Source of the DNA: Schmidtea nova
Lineage: Eukaryota
Direction of reading: 5' to 3'
Length of the DNA: 64,000 nt
Assembly: GCA_044892505.1 (NCBI GenBank)
Contig: CM097884.1
Coordinates: 27,838,001-27,902,000 of the forward strand
The notes under the pieces were generated by a model, which was not told the DNA's origin, ran no database searches, and saw only the letters and a program-made list of their open reading frames with translations. A program made the translations under genes and the position numbers. This document shows, in pieces, positions 53,100 to 64,000 of this stretch (within the stretch, counting starts at the first letter, position 1; each line of letters opens with the position of its first letter).

Positions 53100-55704
53100 G
53101 AACCCCATGGGAGCCCAATCAACCCTATAACCACTCGATTTACCCACTATTTGATGCGCTAGATGTACAATCATGGGTACCCAATTTTCATTTATATAAA
53201 TCGATTAACAAAATAAAGGGATAATAAAGGCAACCCGGTTGCGTTGGGAACCAGAATTAAAAGCCAAACAGTGCGTCTCGATTATCTTCGTAGAGTACTG
53301 TGAATATGCCCTTCATGAAATACTGGAGTTTAATTTTTTTCATAAATGGTGTGAAGTAGATTCATCTAGACAATCAACCAAATCATAATGTGTAACGTCG
53401 AATAAATTGATAAGTATTGCCATTCAAACGGATTCGTATTAAGTAAACTTGAAAATTTCGCAAACAAGCGACTAATATCGAGGGGTCGCATAGATTTGCT
53501 GGACCTAGTGTATTTTCAATACAAACTTCCGATATAGAAGGATTATCGCGCAATAGACTGAGGTATCCGGGCGTAATTTTTAGTATTTAATGGTTAAACT
53601 AGCAACAATTCATATACACCCAATCGATCAGAACCTGATATGATCATACGAAAGATCTCATCAGACTTAGTATAAACCTTTAAACTGATTAATGCATCAA
53701 AACGATATTGGCTGAACGTATGGTATCACGTAAATCACTGGTTTCCGTTATTTACCTTGTCAGGGCGAATAAATATATACTGATTTGTTAAAATTTGTCA
53801 AATTAAGTTAATTCGGAACTATCATCGAGTCAAAATTGTTCATTCACAAAGAAATTCTCAATCAGCGCCCACGAGTGGGTCTCCCTTGACAATTCAACGC
53901 TCACGTTTGGAGCGTGGCAGTCGACAACGGTTTCTAGAGCCCTTGAAGCTGCTCCCAATGAAGGTCCAACGGGACGTAAACATTCAGATACGACGATGGC
54001 GCTCAGAATTTCAGTGAAGAACTTTGTTCAATCTTTGGGACAACGAAAGTTGAGACGAGATATGGTGGCAAGGCGGAGACCCCACTGGCCGATCTCCTCC
54101 ACCGAGCAAGTCATCCACGTCCAATGCAACTGGTTTGCACTCCTCTGAGACGATTCGAACCTCCCGAAATGTATCATATATTTTGACTCGATTGTGGTCA
54201 GCGAACTCAATCAGTTGGTGTTTATCTTATTAGGACCCCCCGCTGCACCAAGACTGGTCGGGAACTGGTATTCAAAAACCTCCTGTTCCGCTTTGAAACA
54301 AACCCGTAATCCAGTTGGTAGACGAATATCACGATCAAAGAAATTTTCACGTTCAAGTCTCAGATGTGCGGTCTCCGACACTCGCGTATCCTCTCCTCCA
54401 GGATTATTTAGTCCAACCAGCCAATTTCTACCAAGAATTCCTGATTTAGCTAAAGTGATTGACTAGTACGAATAACGATCTAACAGTTGTCGTTTGTTTT
54501 TTCGATAATATTATAATTTGGCGTATAATTGTTTTATTTCATTTTATATCTAACGCTTAAAAAACTAAATTCATAAATCGAGGAGAATAATAAACATCAG
54601 TCCCTTAAACGTAGATCAAGAATTTTGCCAAGACTTCCCAATTAGATACCCAAGTTGAACAAATAAGTCCATATTAGTAGTAGGTGCCTATCTATTAGCA
54701 CGATACTTCTCAGCAAATTAACACTGGTAAGGGTAGGGAAATCAAAGGGCCAACACCCAGTGCAGTGACTTACATTTTTAAGTGTCTAATGTTTTTTTAT
54801 ATAAAAAGCGATTAAAACCTCCACTAGCAAATCAGTCGAATTTCTTCAAGTGATCCGACATTTACAACAAGAGAACAAAAACCTCAAATGATAATTGCAG
54901 GACAAGCAAACGAGAAAGCAACTCTCAGAATAATTTATTTCTCGCCGGCTGACATGAAAGCCAGTTATTAAAAGATTCAGCGACTACGGAGGGCGATCAA
55001 AGACCAGTCCTTAGAACTCACGGCAACGAAATGCAAATTAAAAGCTTGTCTGCATTTAGTTTAACGTGATTATGTAAATGAGCAACTGCGAGCTCAGATC
55101 CGTCCAATTACATTCGACAAATAGATCACCAAAGTACTGATGGCAAGAGAGACACAAACTGACTGCTCTGAGGTTATTGAAACGATAGAGGTCAGACGAA
55201 CAGAGACAATGCCAACTATTAATTCAGTAGGTAACAAAAGGAAGAGACAAAACGGATGGGAGTTAAGCGCCGTAAGGAACGAGGGGCTTATGCGGACCAA
55301 CTTGGAATAAAAATTGACTGGCTCAGCGGACGGACCGAAGAACAGTTAATAGAAAATATTAATCCCACTGTTTTTAATAAATAAATGTGGTGTTCGACTT
55401 TGTTTAAGTTGTATCATAATATTAACTTAGATGGCGTCTTATAAAGGGGGTGAGGGAATATAATAAGAGAGTTAAGTCTTCCATCGATCAATGAACTCAA
55501 GCGTACGAAAGTGGATAGTAGTGATCACCCAGGTCGCTCACCTGCTCACTTGGTATGCACCGTATGGTACAGCATCAACGTGGAATAAGCCTAGGGAAAT
55601 TTCACGGGTACCATAGCGGGGTAAATTCATTTTTATGTTGGTGAAGTTCGCTCTAACCACACACCGAGAAACACTCAATTCATACTCCTACCAATACACC
55701 AACA
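53100..55704 (+). mobile_element. Older LTR remnant R5 (ORF-A-like about 53900-54200, ORF-B-like about 54880-55380); left boundary approximate
   Basis: LKLLPMKVQRDVNIQIRRWR..DEIWWQGG; FSPADMK..ELTATKCKLKACLH..QLRAQIRPIT; ends caccaaca. Its 3' region resembles 52870-53053. Confidence 0.6.
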
Positions 55705-58304
55705 TAGAGATAGAAATTGTAAAATTAGTTATTTTAAAAATATTTTGTGAGTTATTTCATAATTTAAGAGTATAAAACTTTATTTTCCTTTTGTTATGTA
55801 CTATTTAAAGCAAATGTGTATTTTCAATTTTATATTTACGAGTATTTTCAAGGAATTGGAATACAAATGATAAAGTCGCTTCGACCCTTATGCGATTTTG
55901 TTTTTGTCTTGTTTTTCGGTCAGACTTTCTTTTGTTATCATTCTTGTACGTGAATTATTGACTAATAACTTTATGTTTCAATTCAGTGTTCTTTTATAAA
56001 TAATACAACTTTGCAACGTGAACGTGATTGTTTATATTATTTGTCGCTAGGCACAAGAGGATATACAAAATAATTTGGATTTCCATTATTTGGGTTTTAT
56101 GTAACTAATTATGAAACGCTAAAAAATTAAAAATGAACGTTTTAAAAAGATTTTTTTACATTTGTCGAGGTCTTTAAACTAAAATTATTTTTAATGAAAA
56201 TTAAATGTTAATTGAATAGAAAAGACAAGTAAAATGGCGATCAAGCTAGAAATTCACGGAAAAGAAAATTAAGATGGAAATAGAGTTGGGTAAGGGTACA
56301 GCCAGATACGAAAAACAAAATCTACAAATCCGAGAAAAAATTAATGTGTAGTTAATTTATCGAAATGGAATCTGAAAAATGGGACAGGTATAGGTTGGTT
56401 AGTGATGAACAAGATGGTGAGTGTGACTTTTTCAGAAAATGTTGGGGAGGGGTAAAAAAATACTTAAATGTTTAAAAATAGAAAATCGTTAATTAATTAA
56501 TTAATTGTGTAATAGAAAACCCGAGTTAATTGGAAGCCCGGGGCCTATGGAGAACCCGAGCGGTGAAGAAAACCCGAGCTCGATAAACAAAGAAGAACAA
56601 ACAAATTAGATTTCAGGAGGCCATTATCTTGGCAGTAAGATTAATTGGGATAAGCGGAAAATTGGTCATTATCAAGGAGCAAAATAAGGACGAAATTAAT
56701 CAATGTTACTGCTCAAACAATAATAAAGGAACCGATTGTCCAAGCAATGTCAGATAGAAGCAATTTGGCCCAAAAACTCATTAATCAAACTGATCATCCG
56801 CAGATTAAGTTAAGTATATAAGGCGATTCAAATCGGCATTTTAAGCCTCAGGTAGGGACACGAAAAAAACGAGATTAGTTAAAAAAGGAAGGACAAAAAG
56901 TAATAGGAATCGTAAAGAAACGAATAGGAAAATTAAATAACAAGGGTAAAGAGGAGTAAATTTGAGTTGAACTGGAAGAATCGAATATAGAAGAGCAAGA
57001 GTGGGAATCAAAAGAAAAATAAAGGCGATTGTATTTTTATAAATTGCACAAAATCCGGGCATTCCGCAGGGCAACTCGATCGAACGGGTAAACGTTGAAC
57101 AGTGAAGGAATTGTGAATTTTAAACAAGTTGTACAGATCATTTTAAACAAATATACGTTGGGAGACTTATTTGTTATTGATTACTGAACGCGAGTAGTCA
57201 GAATTACCGACGACAAATAATTGAATTTAGATAAAACCCAACACATTTTTAAGTTTAATATTTGCATTTATTTATTTAATATTTGTATACAAGAGGCACA
57301 TAAACATGAAATACAAATTCTCATAAAGGTATTGAAAACAAAATATCTGCTTGGACACTTTCTCCGAGAGAAAAATTCACAGTTAGCAAAATGCAAGATA
57401 CGTAGTAAAATAATTAAATGTGAGGGTGAGTATCAAGCTCCCTGTATACTCTTTTAAGAACAACTCAATATCAATATCATCAAACTAGGATCTAGAGATG
57501 TTGATCAGTCAACAAATCTAACATCGCATTCAAGTTCAAAAGATATATATTCTTCTTCCAAAACGAAAGTTACAGAATATTTTCCAATAAACATGATTTA
57601 TCTTTGACAACAGTTCTGTCGCGTATGACGACAAAAAAGATGGTGTTGCTTTTATTGCATTTTGTGAAACGGACGATCTAAGAACGTTATTAGTGTCAAA
57701 AGGATTTAGAGATATTTCCAAATCTTTTGACACAATCAATAAACTCTTTTAAATTATGGTCAAAATATTTGCGATCTAATAAAAACAGGGTTGTGGATGT
57801 AGTTTAATTTTCGGCGAGTGCGCGTCAATATGAAACTGCTGCTATTTAAATTTTATTATTCATACCTATGATGGAAGCTGAAAGTTTCTAACAATTTTTA
57901 AAGTTATTATTTGCAAAATAATGAAAATCAGAAATTGAAAATTTGCAATGGATTTTAAATTAAAAATGGAAAATTGAAAAAAATATTTTAAATTGAAAAT
58001 TTTAAAATAAAAAAGATGGTAAATTTGTTTAACATAACAAATGCAAACAAGTTTTTTTAGTTTTTCATTAATATTTTATTGAATAAATTTTATGAATTTG
58101 TTTAGTGATTCCAAATTCAATTGTCAAGGTTTCGAAGAATTACAATCCTAACAATACCAAAAGATAATTTTGAAATCTTCGATTAATTTGCATTGTAGGA
58201 ATTTTGCCATTTAGAAAATGTATTCTTGTCCTCGAAGAAAAACTTTAAAAATTTGGTATTTGTCTATCAAGTTACATTGTTTATATAACTACCGATGGGG
58301 TATC

Positions 58305-58740
58305 AGTAGTAGGATGTGTCCCCGTCAGATCAGTTACCCCCCCCCCCCTCAAATTTTTTAAAGTTACATAACACCGGACACTTGACCATTACATCACTCG
58401 TACGTGACCAGCGCACTTGTGCAAAGACACACTTATGGCACGTGTTTCCAATGGCAACTACTACTTTTAGAATTTTTTATATTATCCGCACGTGCCCGGC
58501 ACACTTATTGACCATTACATCATCCGCGCGTGTCCGCCATGCTTATTGACCAGCACACTTATGGGTAGTAACCGGCACACTTAGTGACCAACACACCATC
58601 AGGTAATCACTACCCGCCAACCGCCAACCGCCAACAACCAACCGCCAACAACCAACCGCCAACTGCCCACCGCCGACCACCAACCGCCATCCGCCATCCG
58701 CCATCCGCCATCCGCCAACCGCCCACTGCGCTCAACTGCG
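58305..58740. repeat. Repeat-rich block (gcacactta and gaccattacatca motifs, then CCGCCA(A/T) heptamers); possible Polinton terminus
   Basis: Starts AGTAGT at 58305; heptamer run at about 58613-58725; lies 1 kb from a PolB remnant. Confidence 0.4.
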
Positions 58741-59118
58741 ATCCATTAAATTATCGAAAATCTATATTAGTATTATAATTATATAGTTTTCAAGTTATAT
58801 AAATGCAAGATTTCTCATCAGGATTCAGATTCGTAATGCTTTCATGAAGTCCATAAAAGTTTTAAGATATAACATATATTTTTATTCTTAATTCATGCCA
58901 TTATTTAGAAAATATGTAATCAACTATCTTAATGGTAAAAAAATAATCCGGAATGGTCTTTATATAAAAATATACAAGTTTATACAATCTGTTTACTAAC
59001 TACTTTATCAGTAGTATTTGATAATTTTATTTAAATTAATCAAATTTATTTTTTAATTACTTTATCTTTATTTCTATATTAGTCAATTATGGTCCGATTT
59101 TTATGAAAACTTGTATAC

Positions 59119-59460
59119 ATATCAAATTCAATATGCTGAATCCGAATTTATTACAAAAAATAGGGAAAAAAATTAGTCCAAAGTGGGAGTTGAACCTGGG
59201 CCTCTCACATATAAAAAAATTTTAAATGATTTTTCTCGACTAATACTTGTCAGATTTGAACCAAAATTTCTATTTATATCAAATTCAATACGCTGAATCC
59301 GAATTTGTTACAAAAAATAGAAAAAAAAAATTAGTCCAAAGTGGGAGTTGAACCTGGGCCTCTCACATATAAAACAATTTTAATTGATTTTCTCGACTAA
59401 TACTTGTGAGATTTTAACCAAAATTTCTATTTATATCAAATTCAATACGCTGAATCCGAT
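59119..59460. repeat. 157-bp tandem repeat, about 2.2 copies
   Basis: atatcaaattcaat recurs at 59119, 59276 and 59433. Confidence 0.9.
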
Positions 59461-59507
59461 TCCTTAACAAAATTTTCATAAAAACGGCCAAAGAAAAAAT
59501 TATTCAA

Positions 59508-59575
59508 CCTTGAGAGTTAAAACTGGGGTCTCACAATTAGAAATTCATAGCCTTTCCAACTAAGCTACATTCCAC
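59508..59575 (-). other. Degenerate tRNA-derived sequence (SINE head or tRNA pseudogene)
   Basis: Minus strand gtagcttagttggaaaggc (A-box-like) and ccagttttaactctc (decayed B-box); related ggcccaggttcaactccc in the 157-bp units. Confidence 0.35.
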
Positions 59576-59771
59576 ACTTTTAATAAACAAAATTTTAACA
59601 TATATTTGATTTTTCTAATCTTTACATAGGTTTAATAATAATAATAATAATAATAATACTTTACACAAATAAAACTTGACACAAAATAAAAAAAAAGACA
59701 TTTTCAAATAACAAAATTTATTTCAATAACAATTTTCATTCTGGAAATATCGACATTAAGAACTAGTCATC

Positions 59772-60100
59772 TCAGTCGTTCAATGTATTGACTCCTAAAT
59801 AATGCCCGAATGCAAAACTTTCATTTTTACCCACCCACTGACGCTTATCATCGTTGTTACTTAAAGCAATTTTAGTATTCTTAAAAGTATACAATTGATG
59901 ATTTTGCTTCCCAATTCGAGTTTGAGGAACAGAAAAGATTTGATTATTATTGTAGCAATCAAGATAAGAAAGATGTTTTATCTCAGTTCCTTCTAAATAT
60001 ACTCCCTTCGCTTTATTACTTTCAGATTCACCCAAAAGACTGTAGCACTTCGGACTTAAGAAAACCCATTCATTGGATCCAAGTCCAAATTTGCCAATGA
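59772..60100 (-). pseudogene. polB: C-terminal remnant of a Polinton/Maverick protein-primed DNA polymerase B
   Basis: VIGKF..FLSPKCYSL..KAKGV..HQLYT..KIALSNNDDKR..FGHY matches the Polinton PolB C-terminus; in-frame stop just upstream. Confidence 0.8.
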
Positions 60101-62226
60101 CTAGTCAGGATTTCTTGAATACAACGGATGTTCAGGAATAACCTATATAGTTTTAATAATAACAATAGTAATATTAATACTTGAAACCAATCAAAATGAA
60201 ACTTGACACATAAAAAAGTCAAATTTCTTTTTTAAAAAACTTGATTTACAAATTTTTTTTCCATTCTTCATCCATACCAGATTTGGTAAAACAATATGAT
60301 ATAAGTAACTGAATTTGTAGTGATTAGTTGACAACTAGTTAAAAAGTTTCAAAATCTATATATATTGCACAAAACCCTTATTAGCGCAATAATTAACAAG
60401 TTTTGAAGCTAAAGCATGAAAATCAATCCAAATTAGTTAAGTTATCAAAATATTTTAAATATTTCTGTTATTATATATTTATTATAGAAAAGACATGTTA
60501 GTTGATATCAGTTGATAATAGTTAAAAATTAACTAATAATACGTGGTAATCATTATTTTTACAAGTTCTCAATGAAAGTAGTAAACAATGATTTAATTAT
60601 AATTGTAAAAATACTAAGAGAAATTCCTAAGAAAAGTGACTCTCAAAAGTAATTTAAATATCATCTTCAAAAATTTATTAACAAAAATTTAGTTTCAAAA
60701 ATTTATTCACAGAATTTAGATTCAAAAAATTATTCACAAATTTTAGTTTTAAATTTATCCACAGTATTTAGATTAAAATCTATTTTTTACCCAGTTTTTG
60801 TTCACTAACCAGTTAGTAACCCATTAATTGTTGATAAAATATATACTAATTTGATTTATATTTAAAGTTAATTTCGTAATATTTTAAATTAATATATATC
60901 ATTTGAATACAATTTTAAAAATTACTTTGACTTAAATTAACTTTTGAAACTTAGAATAAATTTTAGTAAACAAATCTAAATTTTTTCAATTAAAATTGAT
61001 TTTTTTTTTCCAAATTGAATTTTGTCGGGAAAATATAGTTAGTTACACAATCAATTTTATACTAATTAATTAAAACTTATTTAAAATTGATGTCTTGAAG
61101 ATTGGCTACATTAATGAGTTCCAAAATCATTTCAAAATGATACCAGGATATTTATGAATTTATTTGCAATTATTTATTTTACTAAAAGCAAAAATTATTA
61201 TCATTTATTTGAAAATATGCGGATTTTTAAATTGAAACTTAAATAAAATTTTAATTGTTGGCTAATTAAAAGTAATTTTTATAGGTTTAAAATTAATCTA
61301 AAATTAAAATAATAATCGATTGATCAATGTACAAAATTTTATATTACTTAGTCAGCAACTTTAACAATTGAATAATCTTTTAAATAAATTAGACAACTGA
61401 ATTTTTAAATAAGACGAAAAGAAAAAGAATAATAGAAATTTCTATATGCTTTAATTTCAAAATTGTAATGCTTAATTTTCAAATATTTTGGTTAATAAAG
61501 TATTTATTTTGAACCAAAACTAGTAGTTAGAATACTAAAGTTTACTTTATTATAACATTTAAAACGAAAAACAAATCAATTTACTCATTATCAATTAGTT
61601 ACTAATTATTAATAAATTCGATAATAATTTAATATACGTTAAAAGGAATTTAAATAGATCTTTTTAAGAATTGATTTCATTAGATTTCAAAAATTTTTAG
61701 AATAAATTTTAAAATATTTTTAATAAAAAAACTAAATGCAATATACTCGATTGATTGACAACCATTGACAACAAACTCATTTGTGTAATAAGATGTTTTG
61801 TTAGCGTATTTATTATCACTAGGTTATGAAACCATTAATGAATACTGTTTTTATGTATTGATTGAAAAAAAAAACATGTAATAAAAACTAAAATCAACCA
61901 ATTAAATTATCCAAATTCGCTCCAGTGTGTACATTATTTGTATAACATGTGGTATTTTTATACTGATATTTTCCTATCGATTTGAATACAATTACTATAC
62001 ATTGCTACAAAAATCACTAAATTTCGGTATTAAACTGATATAACTCAAATTGAGGCTCCCTTTTAAAATTACTTGCACCTTTTTAATTGATATTCATCAT
62101 AAAACCTATTTAATTATCGATTTAACCGTTATAATGTATTATACCTCCATATTTCTTAGTATTCTCAAAAGTATAACACAATTTATCACGTAATTATATA
62201 AAATCAGTATTGATAAATTTTAAATA

Positions 62227-62681
62227 AAATAGCTACAAACTTCTTAGTTCAATAAAACTTACTCAAATATGTCGTTAACTTTGAAATAACTCTTAAGAAA
62301 CCGCATAAAATCACCAAATTAAACGTGAAAATTTTATCAAATCTTATTACTCTTGATATTATTAATATCTTTACTAAATTATCACATGATCCATCATTGA
62401 AAATTACATTATTATTCTGCTAAATTAAAATACCAGTAAATTAATTAAATTGTTAATAAAAATTGTTAATAACAAAACACAATTTATGAAATAGCTACAA
62501 ACTTCTTAGTTCAATAAAACTTACTCAAATATGTCATTAATTCTGAAATAACACTTAAGAAACTGCATAAAATCCCCAATTAAAACGTGAAAATTTTATC
62601 AAATCTTATTAATCTTGATATTATTAATATCTTTACTAAATTATCACATGATCCATCATTGAAAATTACATTATTATTCTG
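62227..62681. repeat. 193-bp direct repeat (62227-62419 and 62489-62681)
   Basis: Near-identical copies at offset 262. Confidence 0.9.
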
Positions 62682-63737
62682 GTATATATTAAAAAATCAT
62701 TAAATTAATTGTTAATAAAAAGCTATGTAGTCATATATATTTTAAAATCCCATAAAAATGACCAAATATCATTCAAATCATGACAAAAAGCTATTTTGTC
62801 ATATATAATTTAAAATAACATTAAAATCACAACAAATCATTCAAAACTCAATATTCAAGTCATTATAACTGATACTGACTATGCTTAGTGGCTTTGAGTT
62901 TCAAATTTTACCATAAAGTAATCAATAAATAATCCTAAAATTTGATATAATCTGAATTAAAAGTTTCGACCATTTAATTAACAAAGAATATTGAATTAAC
63001 ACAAAATTATTTACGTTAAGACATTTCAAATTATCAACATTACTTGATATAAATCCTTAACTTCATTGAATTTCCATAAAATCAATTAATTACATAAATT
63101 ACCTGTTAAAATTTATTTTACATCTAAATTCTTTCAATTATCTTCATAAATTTTTCCTAATTCACTTAAAAATTGTAATGAAATTACTTTGGAAGTTATT
63201 TGAATTTTTATTAGTTTGCTATAAAATTATTATAATCACTGTAATAATCGAAAATATTTATAATCACTGTAATAATCTAAATTTTAGTCATAACCTTTGA
63301 TTAAATTGACATTAATTTCAATCTTAAATATATTTTAAATTTAATGAAATCAATAATTTGCATAAAATATTAATTGAGAGAAAATAAGTTGGAAATTTTA
63401 AAAAGAAATTTGAAATACAATCAATGTGTATTTCTAAAATATTAATTATCTTTGAATTTAATTAGAATAAATTGTATTTAATTTTAGCAAATATTTAGTT
63501 TATTTCGAAAAAAGTATTTGAATTATTGCCAAATAAAAAGTCATGGTAACTAAATATAATTATAATATTATGATTTTAATTTAGAATTAATTAATTTGCA
63601 TGATGATTTCTGAATTTAATTTTAATGTAGAATTAAATACTGGTCATTTATATTTTGTGAAGAAATTCCTATTACTAATTTTAAAAAATCAAAGTTATTT
63701 TAAAAAGTTTCAAATAATACACATTAAAATCTATATA

Positions 63738-64000
63738 AATAGTATATAAGTGAATATACAATATGAATCTTTTACAGGTAAAAACCATCACAAAAGAGGT
63801 TCTGCTACCAAAGGTTCTGCTAGAAAGGTTCTGCTACGTGATAAATTTAATGAAAATGTATCAATAATAGTATATAAGTGAATATACAATATGAATCTTT
63901 TACAGGTAAAAACCATCACAAAAGAGGTTCTGCTACCAAAGGTTCTGTTAGAAAGGTTCTGATACTAAGGATATATTAGAAAAGTTCTGATACTGAATAT
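63738..64000. repeat. 128-bp tandem duplication with internal aaggttctgcta subrepeats
   Basis: Copies start at 63738 and 63866; runs to the window edge. Confidence 0.85.

Noticed and set aside
56200-57760. Host exons or another element
   Set aside because: Only short ORFs with no recognisable motif or consistent splice structure.
60200-63737. Genes in the very AT-rich right end
   Set aside because: No ORF of 60 aa or more in the track and no RNA-gene signature; ordinary non-coding DNA apart from local duplications.
1-64000. Prokaryotic or giant DNA virus origin
   Set aside because: LTRs with TSDs, a tRNA PBS, nested TEs, TATA/AATAAA signals and metazoan-type TRAF and IAP RING indicate an animal nuclear genome.

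Overview
AT-rich eukaryotic DNA with no supportable host gene, made almost entirely of transposable elements. The centrepiece is an apparently intact, recently inserted 30,004-bp Ty3/Gypsy-type LTR retrotransposon (20448-50451, + strand). It has two 3,141-bp near-identical LTRs, an AAAG target-site duplication (TSD) and a tRNA-Pro-type primer-binding site (PBS). Its one giant ORF (5,411 aa to the first stop; 5,671 codons if one internal TAA is bypassed) reads: Gag with 3 CCHC knuckles, three ubiquitin-like segments, a Bcl-2-like domain, an internal signal peptide plus chuvirus-like envelope glycoprotein, protease, RT, RNase H, integrase, ankyrin repeats, and FN3-like membrane cassettes. It also carries a stand-alone IAP-type RING gene upstream of gag, four 3' accessory genes including a full-length TRAF, two tandem-repeat arrays in the leader, and two unknown genes inside each LTR. 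The flanks hold three solo LTRs of related families, about five older degenerate LTR remnants with the same two-gene cassette, a nested truncated Gypsy pol, and a Polinton/Maverick PolB remnant. Size, composition and cargo suggest a relative of the giant planarian Burro retroelements. That, the host identity and all domain calls come from motif recognition by eye, not database searches.
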